A DNA stretch of 64,000 nucleotides, taken from Pseudomonas aeruginosa PAO1. GTDB lineage: Bacteria > Pseudomonadota > Gammaproteobacteria > Pseudomonadales > Pseudomonadaceae. Each line of letters starts with the position of its first letter. Position 1 is the stretch's first letter. Location: assembly GCF_000006765.1 (NCBI RefSeq), contig NC_002516.2; one strand, 5' to 3'. Of the stretch, positions 18,883 to 27,840 are shown in pieces. A program made the translations under genes and the position numbers. The notes under the pieces are model-generated. The model saw only the letters and a program-made list of their open reading frames with translations, was not told the origin of the DNA and did no database searches.

Positions 18883-19284
18883 TCAGCTCTCCAGCCAGAC
18901 GTCGCGAGCCCAGACCCACACCGAATCCCAGCTTTCATCGGTGAGGTCGCCATCGGCCCAGAGCACCACCTCGCCGTCCTCCGCCACGCAGTAGTAGCTG
19001 CCGTCGTCCTCGCAAAGCGGGATCAGCTCGCGCGGAACGCCCAGGTCCCAGGCAGTGGCCGCCACTTCGGGCAGGTAGGTGTGCGAGTGCGGATCGGTCA
19101 CGGTCACCGGCTCCAGGCGGCCGTAGACCACATCGCTGACCAGCAGGAGGAATTCGCGGAACTCGGCGGGAATGCCGATCAGCAGCTCTTCCTCGATTTC
19201 CACCAGCAGTTCTTCTTCCGGCAGTTCCAGGGGCACCGGAACCGGTTCGTTGAGTTCACGCAGTTTTTCGATGACGTCTTCCAC
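18883..19284 (-). CDS. SMI1/KNR4-family protein (PA5527 ortholog)
   Basis: GTG start (MEDVIEKLREL). EIEEELLIGIPAEFREFL and IPLCEDDGSYYC match the SMI1/KNR4 pattern. Confidence 0.8.
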   Translation of the reverse strand: MEDVIEKLRELNEPVPVPLELPEEELLVEIEEELLIGIPAEFREFLLLVSDVVYGRLEPVTVTDPHSHTYLPEVAATAWDLGVPRELIPLCEDDGSYYCVAEDGEVVLWADGDLTDESWDSVWVWARDVWLES

Positions 19285-19411
19285 GACAGGCTCTCTCGCA
19301 ACGGGTGGCGCGCTTTTTATACAGTAGCCGCACCGAGCGCAAGACAAGTGTCGCGGCTGGCCTTCGGCCATGGCGCCGGACGAATGGTCGGTCAACCCGC
19401 CAACGGAGATG

Positions 19412-19446
19412 AAAAAACCCCCGTTCCCTGGCGGAAGCGGGGGGTT
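19412..19446 (-). terminator. Intrinsic terminator after the Tim44-domain gene
   Basis: AACCCCCGTTCC/GGAAGCGGGGGGTT imperfect stem with a 6-T tail on the minus strand. Confidence 0.65.
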
Positions 19447-19480
19447 CGGCGGCCCCCGAAGGGACCGCAACCACTCGGGA

Positions 19481-20335
19481 TCAGTTCTGCCGGATACCGG
19501 CCACCAGCCATGGCTGGTTCTCGCCCTGGGCGCGCTCCATCCGCCAGCTTTCGCTGAAGGCTTCGCCCTGGTCGAAGCGCGAGGTCTTCGACACACCGCT
19601 GAAGGTCAGGGTGGCGATGGTCTTGTCGGCCTGGTCGTCGACGCCGTCCAGTTGCACGACCAGGTTGTCGATGTAGGTGGACTGGTAGGCGTCGCCGATC
19701 TCGGCGCGCTCCTGCTTCAGCCATTGCAACATCTGCGGGGTGACGAACTCGGCGATCTTGTCCATCTCGTTGGCATCCCAATGCTGCTGCAGGGACATGA
19801 AGTGTTCGCGAGCGGCACCGACGAAGCGCTCCTCGTTGAACCAGCTCGGCGCGTTGATCACCGGGCTCGGCGCAGCGGCAGCAGCGGCGGCGCCACCGAA
19901 GATCGGCGCCTGGGCCGGCATTTCGCGCTGCATCGGCGCGTGCCCGGCCATCGCAGGCTGGCCCTGGTTCTGCTGGCGCCGGCGAGCGGCGATGAAGCGG
20001 AAGGCGATGAAGGCCACCAGGGCGATCAACAGGATGTCGAGCATCTGGATGCCCTCGAAGCCGTCGCCCATGAACATGGAAGCGAGCAGGCCGCCCGCGG
20101 CGATACCGGCCAGCGGGCCGAGCCAGCGCGAAGCACCGCTGGCGGCAGCGGCGGGACGAGCGGCGTTGGGGGCGGCAGCAGTGGCGTTCGGCGCAGTGGC
20201 CGGCTGCGCCTGGCGGGTCTGGTGGCTGGGTGCCGAGCCGAGGCTCTTGCCGCCGCCGAAGCGCTTGGCATTGGCATCCAGGCTGACGGTCAGCGCCAGG
20301 CAGAAGGCGAGGGCGATGCTGAGAACACGCTGCAT
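19481..20335 (-). CDS. Tim44-domain exported/membrane protein (PA5528 ortholog)
   Basis: Signal peptide, AKRFGGGKSLG, Ala-rich linker, TM hairpin, C-terminal Tim44-like domain ending WLVAGIRQ. Confidence 0.85.
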   Translation of the reverse strand: MQRVLSIALAFCLALTVSLDANAKRFGGGKSLGSAPSHQTRQAQPATAPNATAAAPNAARPAAAASGASRWLGPLAGIAAGGLLASMFMGDGFEGIQMLDILLIALVAFIAFRFIAARRRQQNQGQPAMAGHAPMQREMPAQAPIFGGAAAAAAAPSPVINAPSWFNEERFVGAAREHFMSLQQHWDANEMDKIAEFVTPQMLQWLKQERAEIGDAYQSTYIDNLVVQLDGVDDQADKTIATLTFSGVSKTSRFDQGEAFSESWRMERAQGENQPWLVAGIRQN

Positions 20336-20696
20336 TGTAGTCTTTCTCTCTTGGGGGAATCGACGCGCGCCATGTTGCGGCGGTACGGGCGACAGGACCA
20401 GCCGGATTTTGTTTCGGGCTATTGCTCCCCGGCCGCCGTTTTTTCGCCCGCCGCGTCTGGCTCGCGGGTCGGCGCCAGGGTACACCTTCGTTGCCGGGGA
20501 CGACAGGCATGCACGCGGATCGGCGCGCGAAGATCCGCCCGGCGACCCGGGAAGCACAACGCAGAGCCTCGCCGAAACGTCTGTTACAGTTTTTTTCAGC
20601 CCACCGATCAAGCACTTGCGGATGCTAGTCTGCGGGTCTGCGAGGCCGCCCGGTCGCCGCGTCTGCCGACCCATTCCCCGAGCGAGGACCGCCGCC

Positions 20697-22454
20697 ATGC
20701 ATGCCGTCGATTTCATCCAGGACCTCGCCGTGATCATGCTGGTGGCGGGTGTGGTCACTATCCTCTTCCACCGCCTGCGCCAACCGGTGGTCCTCGGCTA
20801 CATCGTCGCCGGCTTCATCATCGGCCCGCACACCCCGCCCTTCGGACTGATCCACGACGAAGACACGATCAAGACCCTGGCCGAACTCGGGGTGATCTTC
20901 CTGATGTTCTGCCTCGGCCTGGAGTTCAGCCTGCGCAAGCTCTTCCAGGTCGGCGCCACGGCGTTCATCGCGGCGTTCCTGGAAATCGTCCTGATGATCT
21001 GGATCGGCTTCGAGATCGGTCGCTTCTTCGAGTGGAGCACCATGGACTCGCTGTTCCTCGGCGCGATCCTGGCGATCTCCTCCACCACCATCATCGTCAA
21101 GGCGCTCGGCGACCTGAAGATGAAGAACGAGCGCTTCGCCCAACTGATCTTCGGCGTGCTGATCGTCGAGGACATCCTCGGCATCGGCATCATCGCCCTG
21201 CTGTCGGGAATCGCCGTGAGCGGTTCGGTGGAAACCGGCGAGGTGTTCTCCACGGTCGGCAAGCTCAGCCTGTTCATGATCGTCGCGCTGGTCGTCGGCA
21301 TCCTCCTGGTGCCACGCCTGCTGGCCTACGTGGCGAAGTTCGAGAGCAACGAGATGCTGCTGGTCACCGTGCTCGGCCTGTGCTTCGGCTTCTGCCTGCT
21401 GGTGGTGAAGCTGGAATACAGCATGGTGCTCGGCGCCTTCCTGATCGGCGCGATCATGGCCGAGTCGCGCCAGTTGGTGCAGATCGAACGATTGATCGAG
21501 CCGGTCCGTGACATGTTCAGTGCGATCTTCTTCGTCGCCATCGGCCTGCTGATCGACCCGAAGATCCTCGTCGAGTACGCCTGGCCGATCGCCCTGATCA
21601 CCGTCGCGGTAGTGCTCGGCAAGATGTTCTCCTGCGGCATGGGTGCGTTCATCGCCGGCAACGACGGACGCACTTCGCTGCGGGTCGGCATGGGCCTGTC
21701 GCAGATCGGCGAGTTCTCCTTCATCATCGCCGCCCTGGGCATGACTCTGAAAGTCACCAGCGACTTCCTCTACCCGGTGGCGGTAGCGGTCTCGGCCATC
21801 ACCACCCTGCTCACCCCGTACCTGATCCGCGCCGCCGACCCGCTCTCGCAGCACCTGGCCAACGCCATGCCGCAGCGCATGGCGAGGATCTTCGGCCACT
21901 ACGGCGACTGGCTGCGAAGCATCCAGCCGCAGGGCGACCGTGCGGTGCTGGCGGCGATGATCCGGCGCATCTTGCTGCAGGTCGGGGTGAACCTGGCGCT
22001 GGTGATCGCGATCTTCCTCGCCGGCGGTTATTTCGCCGATACGCTTTCCGCCTGGATGAGCCAGTGGGTCGCCTACGACGGGCTACACAAGGCATTGATC
22101 TGGGGCGGCGCGCTGCTGGTCTCGCTGGCCTTCCTGATCGCCGCGTACCGCAAGCTCAAGGCCCTGTCGATGCTGCTGGCCGAACTCGGGGTCAAGCCGG
22201 AGAAAGCCGGACGCCATACGGCGCGGGTACGTCGGGTGATCTCCGAGATAATCCCGCTGCTGTCGCTGGCCGGCATGATGGTGCTGCTGGCGGCGCTCAG
22301 CTCGAGCATCCTGCCGCCGGGCGAGTTGCTGGTCGTAGTGGTGCTGGTCGCCGGCCTGGTGATCGCAGTGCTCTGGCGCTGGCTGATCCGCGTGCATTCG
22401 CGGATGCAGATCGCGCTGATGGAAACCCTCGACCAGGAAAAGGGCAGCCACTGA
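20697..22454 (+). CDS. CPA2-family sodium/proton antiporter (PA5529 ortholog)
   Basis: 585 aa. GVIFLMFCLGLEFS, ISSTTII and QIGEFSF motifs. Confidence 0.9.
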   Translation: MHAVDFIQDLAVIMLVAGVVTILFHRLRQPVVLGYIVAGFIIGPHTPPFGLIHDEDTIKTLAELGVIFLMFCLGLEFSLRKLFQVGATAFIAAFLEIVLMIWIGFEIGRFFEWSTMDSLFLGAILAISSTTIIVKALGDLKMKNERFAQLIFGVLIVEDILGIGIIALLSGIAVSGSVETGEVFSTVGKLSLFMIVALVVGILLVPRLLAYVAKFESNEMLLVTVLGLCFGFCLLVVKLEYSMVLGAFLIGAIMAESRQLVQIERLIEPVRDMFSAIFFVAIGLLIDPKILVEYAWPIALITVAVVLGKMFSCGMGAFIAGNDGRTSLRVGMGLSQIGEFSFIIAALGMTLKVTSDFLYPVAVAVSAITTLLTPYLIRAADPLSQHLANAMPQRMARIFGHYGDWLRSIQPQGDRAVLAAMIRRILLQVGVNLALVIAIFLAGGYFADTLSAWMSQWVAYDGLHKALIWGGALLVSLAFLIAAYRKLKALSMLLAELGVKPEKAGRHTARVRRVISEIIPLLSLAGMMVLLAALSSSILPPGELLVVVVLVAGLVIAVLWRWLIRVHSRMQIALMETLDQEKGSH

Positions 22455-22485
22455 GAGCCAAGCGATCCCGGCCTGCCGTCGAATC

Positions 22486-22514
22486 GGCGGATAACCACGC
22501 TGCGGTTATTCGCC
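22486..22514. repeat. P. aeruginosa REP palindrome
   Basis: GGCGGATAACCACGCTGCGGTTATTCGCC fits the recalled consensus GGCGnATAACnnC(n2-4)GnnGTTATnCGCC. Confidence 0.8.
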
Positions 22515-22662
22515 CTCGCCTGCACCTGGTGTCGCTATCGGACCCTTTGCCCTGAAGGATCGGCGGATTTCCGCTTATCCACACTCCCGGTCGGCGGACT
22601 CCCGCTCGGCCAAGACCACCCCGCTCCTCTTCCAACCCAGTCCCCACGCGGCTTTCCCGCGT

Positions 22663-22678
22663 TGGCACGGCACCTGCT
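22663..22678 (+). promoter_or_regulatory. Sigma-54 (-24/-12) promoter of the dicarboxylate transporter gene
   Basis: TGGCACGGCACCTGCT has GG and GC at canonical spacing. MifR is the established sigma-54 activator of PA5530. Confidence 0.8.
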
Positions 22679-22769
22679 ATCGAGCCATCCAATACGTCGC
22701 CCTCGCGATGTGCCGGTGTGCTGCGCCCTGATCAGCACATCCAAGACAACAACGAAAAGAGGAAACACG

Positions 22770-24077
22770 ATGGAAAGCGCCAACGCCATTTCCGCGTCTG
22801 CCCAGCCCCGCACCACTTCGCAACGCATCAAGTCGATCTTCAGCGGTTCCGTCGGCAACCTGGTCGAGTGGTACGACTGGTACGTCTACGCCGCCTTCTC
22901 GCTGTACTTCGCAAAGGCATTCTTCCCCCAGGGCGACATGACCGCCCAACTGCTGAACACCGCAGCTATCTTCGCCGTGGGCTTCCTGATGCGCCCGATC
23001 GGTGGCTGGCTGATGGGTATCTATGCCGACCGCAAGGGCCGCAAGGCGGCGTTGCTGGCCTCGGTGCTGCTGATGTGCTTTGGCTCGCTGATCATCGCCC
23101 TGACCCCCAGCTATGAAACCATCGGCGTCGCCGCGCCGATCCTGCTGGTGGTCGCGCGCCTGCTCCAGGGCCTGTCGGTCGGCGGCGAATACGGCACCTC
23201 CGCCACCTACCTGAGCGAGATGGCGAACAAGGAACAGCGCGGGTTCTTCTCCAGCTTCCAGTACGTGACCCTGATTTCCGGCCAGCTCATCGCCCTGGCG
23301 GTGCTGATCGTCCTGCAACAGACCCTGACCGTAGAACAACTGGAAAGCTGGGGCTGGCGCGTCCCCTTCTTCATCGGCGCGCTGTGCGCAGTGGTGGCGA
23401 TGTTCCTGCGTCGCGGCATGGAAGAGACCGAGTCCTTCTCGAAGAAGAAGGAAGAGCCGAAGGAAAGCCTGCTGCGCACCCTGCTGCGCCACCCGAAGGA
23501 AGTGCTGACCGTGGTCGGCCTGACCATGGGCGGCACCCTGGCCTTCTACACCTACACCACCTACATGCAGAAGTACCTGGTGAACACGGTAGGCATGAGC
23601 AAGACCGATTCGACCATGATCTCGGCTGCCACCCTGTTCCTCTTCATGCTGCTGCAGCCCATCGTCGGCGCCCTCTCCGACAAGATCGGCCGGCGGCCGA
23701 TCCTGATCGCCTTCGGCGTACTCGGCACCGTCTTCACCTACCCGATCCTCAGCACCCTGCACAGCGTCGACAGCTGGTGGGGAGCGTTCTTCCTGATCAT
23801 GGCGGCGCTGGTGATCGTCAGCGGCTACACCTCGATCAATGCGGTGGTGAAGGCCGAACTGTTCCCCACCGAGATCCGCGCCCTGGGCGTCGGCCTGCCG
23901 TATGCCCTGACCGTGTCGATCTTCGGCGGCACCGCCGAATACGTTGCCTTGTGGTTCAAGAGCGTCGGCCTGGAGAGCGGCTTCTACTGGTACGTCACCG
24001 CCTGTATCGCCTGCTCGCTGCTGGTCTATGTGTTCATGAAGGACACCCAGAAGCACTCGAAGATCACGACCGATTGA
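22770..24077 (+). CDS. MFS (MHS family) alpha-ketoglutarate/C5-dicarboxylate transporter, KgtP-like (PA5530 ortholog)
   Basis: GNLVEWYDW, GFLMRPIGG, QGLSVGGEYG and ELFPTEIR motifs. Confidence 0.92.
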   Translation: MESANAISASAQPRTTSQRIKSIFSGSVGNLVEWYDWYVYAAFSLYFAKAFFPQGDMTAQLLNTAAIFAVGFLMRPIGGWLMGIYADRKGRKAALLASVLLMCFGSLIIALTPSYETIGVAAPILLVVARLLQGLSVGGEYGTSATYLSEMANKEQRGFFSSFQYVTLISGQLIALAVLIVLQQTLTVEQLESWGWRVPFFIGALCAVVAMFLRRGMEETESFSKKKEEPKESLLRTLLRHPKEVLTVVGLTMGGTLAFYTYTTYMQKYLVNTVGMSKTDSTMISAATLFLFMLLQPIVGALSDKIGRRPILIAFGVLGTVFTYPILSTLHSVDSWWGAFFLIMAALVIVSGYTSINAVVKAELFPTEIRALGVGLPYALTVSIFGGTAEYVALWFKSVGLESGFYWYVTACIACSLLVYVFMKDTQKHSKITTD

Positions 24078-24125
24078 TTGAGCCTCGTGCTCACGGCCCC
24101 GACACACTCCGGGCCTTTTTATCCA

Positions 24126-24160
24126 CAGGACGGCGACCTTCGGGTCGCCGTCCTGCTTTT
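24126..24160 (+). terminator. Intrinsic terminator of the transporter gene
   Basis: Perfect 13-bp stem CAGGACGGCGACC-TTCG-GGTCGCCGTCCTG followed by CTTTTT. Confidence 0.8.
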
Positions 24161-24279
24161 TGGCGCGGCAACCGATTTCCCCACACCCGCCGGCTGTTGG
24201 TCCACGGCACGGCATCCCGACCGGAACCCTAGGGCGCGCAACGCCGGCGGAGTAATCCGCCGGTGCCCCTGCGTTCCAC

Positions 24280-24307
24280 GGCGGATAACCGCAAGCGGTT
24301 ATTCACC
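24280..24307. repeat. P. aeruginosa REP palindrome, second copy
   Basis: GGCGGATAACCGCAAGCGGTTATTCACC, one mismatch to the consensus. Confidence 0.75.
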
Positions 24308-24442
24308 CTGCGGCTCGTCATTCCGGCGGGGCTGGAACCTTGGCGCGTAAACGCCGATCTCCTCGCGTTCCCACGGCGGAACAGCGCAAGGGGCCTGCCG
24401 TCCCCAGGCAGCGAGGCCCCGTCTGCGAGACCTACCGGGAAT

Positions 24443-24467
24443 AAAAAAACCGCGCTCGAAGGCGCGG
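24443..24467 (-). terminator. Intrinsic terminator of tonB1
   Basis: CCGCGC-loop-GCGCGG stem followed by T7 on the minus strand. Confidence 0.75.
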
Positions 24468-24492
24468 CTCTTTTCGTTGTCGGCGAACCGCC

Positions 24493-25521
24493 TCAGCGGC
24501 GCTTCTCGATCTTGAAGAAGAACATCTTGGTCGCCTGGCGGGCGACGATCTTGCCACCGCTGACACGCGGCTCGAAACGCCACTTGGCCATGGCCTGGCG
24601 CACTTCGCGGTCGAACATGCGCGACGGCACCGACTCCAGCACCTGGATGTCGTCAATGCGGCCATCGCTGGTGATGGTGAACAGCACCTTCACCCGGCCT
24701 TCGATACCCCGCGCCTGGGCCATCCGCGGATAGACCGGAGGATCCATGCGCAGCGGCTTGATGTCGCTGTCGTTGAGGCTGCCGCTGGGCAGGCCGGCCG
24801 GGCCTTGCGAGCCGCTGGGCGCAGTCTGCGCGCCGGGCGTGCTCTGCCCGACGGTAGGCGCGGGCGGCGGCGCGGCGCTGGACGGGCTGGGCTGGCTGGA
24901 TGCTTCCGTGCTCGGCTCGGGTTCCGGCTTGGGTTTGGGTTCCGGCTTCGGCTTGGCCTTGGGAATGGCGTTTTCCACCGGTTTGGGCTTGGGTTTCGGC
25001 TTGGGCTTGGGTTTTTCCACCGGCTTCGGCTTCGGCGGCTCCGGCTTGGGTTCCTCGATCTTCGGCGGCGTCGGTTCCGGCGCGGCAGCCGGCGGCTGCG
25101 GGGTCGGCTCGGCCTTCTTCTCGAGCTGGACGAAATTCACCTGCATGGTCTTCGGCAGTTCGCCGTGGCCAAGGTTGAGTTCGGCCGGGGTCGGCATCAC
25201 CCACACCAGCGCACCGATGATCGCCACATGCATCGCCACCGCTGCGCCGGAGGACAACCACCAGCGCGACTTGGGCGGCTCGCCGGGGACGTCTTCGGGA
25301 TCGCTGCCGTGGGCGTAGGGGATCAGCACTTCCTCGACCGCCACTTCCTCGTCGCGGCGCGCACCGGAGCAGTCCACCACGCGCAGGTTGGGCTCTCCGC
25401 GCTGGGCATTCACGCATGGCAGGGACTCGCTTTCGTCTCCCTGGGCGGGAGCGGTGGGGTGGTCTTCGGCGAGCGCGGCCAGCGAAAAACGGTCAGGCGA
25501 CCGTGAAGGCTGTGGCGACAT
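24493..25521 (-). CDS. tonB1: Energy transducer TonB1
   Basis: 342 aa with N-terminal cytoplasmic extension, TM helix carrying SxxxxxxH (SSGAAVAMH), EP/KP proline repeats, and YPRMAQARGIEG C-domain. Confidence 0.95.
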   Translation of the reverse strand: MSPQPSRSPDRFSLAALAEDHPTAPAQGDESESLPCVNAQRGEPNLRVVDCSGARRDEEVAVEEVLIPYAHGSDPEDVPGEPPKSRWWLSSGAAVAMHVAIIGALVWVMPTPAELNLGHGELPKTMQVNFVQLEKKAEPTPQPPAAAPEPTPPKIEEPKPEPPKPKPVEKPKPKPKPKPKPVENAIPKAKPKPEPKPKPEPEPSTEASSQPSPSSAAPPPAPTVGQSTPGAQTAPSGSQGPAGLPSGSLNDSDIKPLRMDPPVYPRMAQARGIEGRVKVLFTITSDGRIDDIQVLESVPSRMFDREVRQAMAKWRFEPRVSGGKIVARQATKMFFFKIEKRR

Positions 25522-25567
25522 GAGGGCGACCTGCGGAGAAGTGAAAGGTAAGGAAGTAGAGTCTTCT

Positions 25568-25586
25568 GATAATTATTATCATTCAG
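25568..25586 (-). promoter_or_regulatory. Fur box upstream of tonB1
   Basis: Minus strand CTGAATGATAATAATTATC, 15/19 match to GATAATGATAATCATTATC. Confidence 0.8.
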
Positions 25587-25613
25587 TCGCGTCCTCAGGG
25601 CAACCTTGGCGGA

Positions 25614-26575
25614 TCATTCCGCGACCATCCGACACGCCAGGAACGCCTCTTCGAGCGCCTCTTCATCCGCGCCTGCGGCGAGGATCAGTTCCAGCCGATT
25701 ATCCCGCCGCCACGAGGACTTGCCCCAGTTATCCACAAACGGCGCGGCATTCGCTGCATACCAACCGTCCGCGCAATGCAGCACCGCCTTGGCTCGCCGC
25801 AGTCCGGACAGACGGTTCAGCCAGGCGTCCACTGCGGCCCGATCGAAACGCACCGACGGCGCCAGCCGATGGCGAACTGGCCGTCCTGCTCGCGCACGGC
25901 GCGCAGCGGTCGCTCGGCAAGCAGCACCGTTCCCAACTGAGCAGGCGCCTCCGGCAGGGCCGCCCAGGTCGTCGCGCTACCTTCCCCGGCAACGCTGGTC
26001 GGCAGATCGCGCAATGCCAGGTGACCGCGCACGCTCCAGCGCAACGGCAGGACCGGCAGGCGCGCACGCACGGCGCAGCGCTGCGTCGCGTCGAGCGTTT
26101 CGGATTTGTTCAGCAGCAACATGCCGGCCGCTTCCAGCGCCTGTTCCTGTGCCTCCGGCAGCGGTTGGCCGGAGGCCAGCGCGGCGGCATCCAGCACCAC
26201 TACCAGGGGTTGCAGGGCCAGGACGCCGGACCAGGGAGGAGCCTGCAGCTGTTTCCACAGCGCCTGCGGATGTCCCAACCCGGATGGTTCGATGAACAGC
26301 CGGTCCGGCCGTGCCCGACGCAACAAGCGACCGAGCCCCACCTGGAACGGCACGCCATTGACGCAGCAGAGGCACCCGCCCGCCACCTCGCCGATGGCCA
26401 CGCCGTCGACGTCCGTGGCCAGCAGCGCGGCATCCAGGCCGATCTCGCCGAACTCGTTGACCAGCACCGCCCAGCGCTCGCCCGCCGGCTTCTGCGCCAG
26501 CAGCGAGCGGATCAGGCTGGTCTTGCCGGCCCCCAGGGGGCCGCCGATCAGGTGTGTGGGTATCTCTCGAAGCAT
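25614..26575 (-). pseudogene. COG0523/CobW-family P-loop GTPase (PA5532 ortholog), frameshifted near 25855-25870
   Basis: The N-part (GGPLGAGKT, VNEFGE, GGCLCC, IEPSG) runs off-frame at IGWRRRCVSIG. The CobW_C-like C-part (PSVRFDRAAVDAWL...RAKAVLH...DNRLELI) lies in another frame, 25614-25853. Confidence 0.75.
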
Positions 26576-26677
26576 CTGCGCAACCGGAATGTGAAAGCCT
26601 GTGGATCAATGCGGTCCTTGCCTGCGGGGAGCCAGGCCCCGTGCTAGAGTCGCGCCCGTCTGCAATGGAGTCCTCGC

Positions 26678-27046
26678 ATGCGTCCGTTCCTGTTCTTCCT
26701 GTCCTGCCTGCCGGGCCTGGCCCTGGCCGAAGCCTGCATCGTCCATAGCCAGGCGAAGAATCTCGACGTGAAGGTCTGCCAGCAGAACCGCAGCATCCCG
26801 GCCAAGCTGTTCCGCGAAGGCTTCTGCCAGCCACAACTGCAGGGCCAGAAGGTCGAGGTGACGTTCGCCGAGGAATGTCCGACGGGCGCCTTCGGTGTCT
26901 GCCGCGACGCCAGGGTACCCAACGCGCCCTATCGGCAGGACATCTTCTACTACGGCATCGCGACCGACGCACGCTACCTGGAGCCGTTCTGCGCCAGCCA
27001 GAGCCAAGGTCGCTGGGAAGAGCCTAGCGCCGCGAAAAAGCCCTGA
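26678..27046 (+). CDS. Small exported Cys-rich hypothetical protein (PA5533 ortholog)
   Basis: Signal peptide ending ALA-EA and six Cys in the mature part. Confidence 0.75.
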   Translation: MRPFLFFLSCLPGLALAEACIVHSQAKNLDVKVCQQNRSIPAKLFREGFCQPQLQGQKVEVTFAEECPTGAFGVCRDARVPNAPYRQDIFYYGIATDARYLEPFCASQSQGRWEEPSAAKKP

Positions 27047-27144
27047 GCGCGTCATCAGCCTGTCACAGCGTCAGGGCTAAATGGGAGTCGGGTACCTCAG
27101 CACCCTTCGTCCCCATCCCCAAGGTAGGACGACTTTTTGGTGAT

Positions 27145-27170
27145 AGGCCATCTGCGGATGGCCTTTTTTT
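27145..27170 (+). terminator. Intrinsic terminator
   Basis: AGGCCATC-TGCG-GATGGCCT followed by a T run. Confidence 0.8.
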
Positions 27171-27198
27171 ATTCCTCGAAAGACACTTGTCCACAGGC

Positions 27199-27840
27199 TC
27201 AGGCAAGCCAGTCCAGGGTCAACAGCAGGCGCGCCAGCCCAGGCTCCGCTCGCGGCGAGCGATGCACCAGCCCGGCACCTTCGTTACCCTCCCAGCGTTC
27301 GCCCTTGAGCAGCGCCACGTCGCCCGTGGACAAGCTGTGGATAAGCTGTTCGTCGACAACTTCGGCCTGCGCTCCGCCAAGCAGCCGACGGTCCAGGCCG
27401 GACTCGTCCAGCCATTCGCTGGCGGCGCCCTGGTAGGTGGTGACCAGCCGCAGCGGCACGTGGTCGACGTGGAAACGCGGGCACATCGGTTTATCCAGAA
27501 CGCGCAGGCGCAGGCCGATACGCCGCGCCCCGGTCAGGCAGGAGAAGGCCTCGACCAGCCAGCCCAGGTCGTCGAGGAAATCGGTTTGTCCCGGCAGTTG
27601 CTGCGCGTCGAGCAGGCCGTCCAAGACGGGTAGCCGTTCCTCTTCCATCTCCAGCGTCTGGCTCAGCGCCAGTCCCGGCCGGTTGCGCACCAGGGCGGCG
27701 GCGAAGTCGCGCAGCGCCGGGCTCAACCGGCGTGTCCAGACCGCCAGGTTGACGCCCTCGCGAAGCACCTCGGCCAGCACCTGGGGGTCGTCATCGAACG
27801 CCTGGCGCGGCAACGGTTTTTCCTGCGGCAGTGCGCTCAT
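27199..27840 (-). CDS. DUF1826-family protein (PA5534 ortholog)
   Basis: [27 protein letters not shown] and GLVHRSP (HxD...H cupin/2OG-like motif). Confidence 0.85.
   Translation of the reverse strand: MSALPQEKPLPRQAFDDDPQVLAEVLREGVNLAVWTRRLSPALRDFAAALVRNRPGLALSQTLEMEEERLPVLDGLLDAQQLPGQTDFLDDLGWLVEAFSCLTGARRIGLRLRVLDKPMCPRFHVDHVPLRLVTTYQGAASEWLDESGLDRRLLGGAQAEVVDEQLIHSLSTGDVALLKGERWEGNEGAGLVHRSPRAEPGLARLLLTLDWLA

Larger units (their letters stand above)
22575..27344. promoter_or_regulatory. Scattered DnaA boxes, group B (4 exact)
   Basis: Exact at 22575, 24119, 25729 and 27336 (minus). Near-matches at 26600, 27187 and 27325. Confidence 0.7.

Noticed and set aside
19370-21511. Long alternative-frame or antisense ORFs (for example 19370-21511, 22677-24215, 35427-37586, 42776-44824, 45724-47925, 50129-51874, 54565-56847, 59267-61063)
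   Set aside because: They overlap well-supported genes, are Arg/Gly/Pro-rich or mirror-frame translations without motifs, and are expected from stop-codon scarcity at high GC. Only the 3' end of 35427-37586 (DUF1850) is real.
24971-25021. TTTTCCACC near-boxes in tonB1
   Set aside because: They have a mismatch at the last position and are explained by repeated PVEK/PVEN peptides, so they were not counted in the DnaA field.
24900-25100. Tandem GGCTTC/GGCTTG/GGTTTC-type repeats
   Set aside because: They encode the known EP/KP proline-rich spacer of TonB and are not an independent repeat element.
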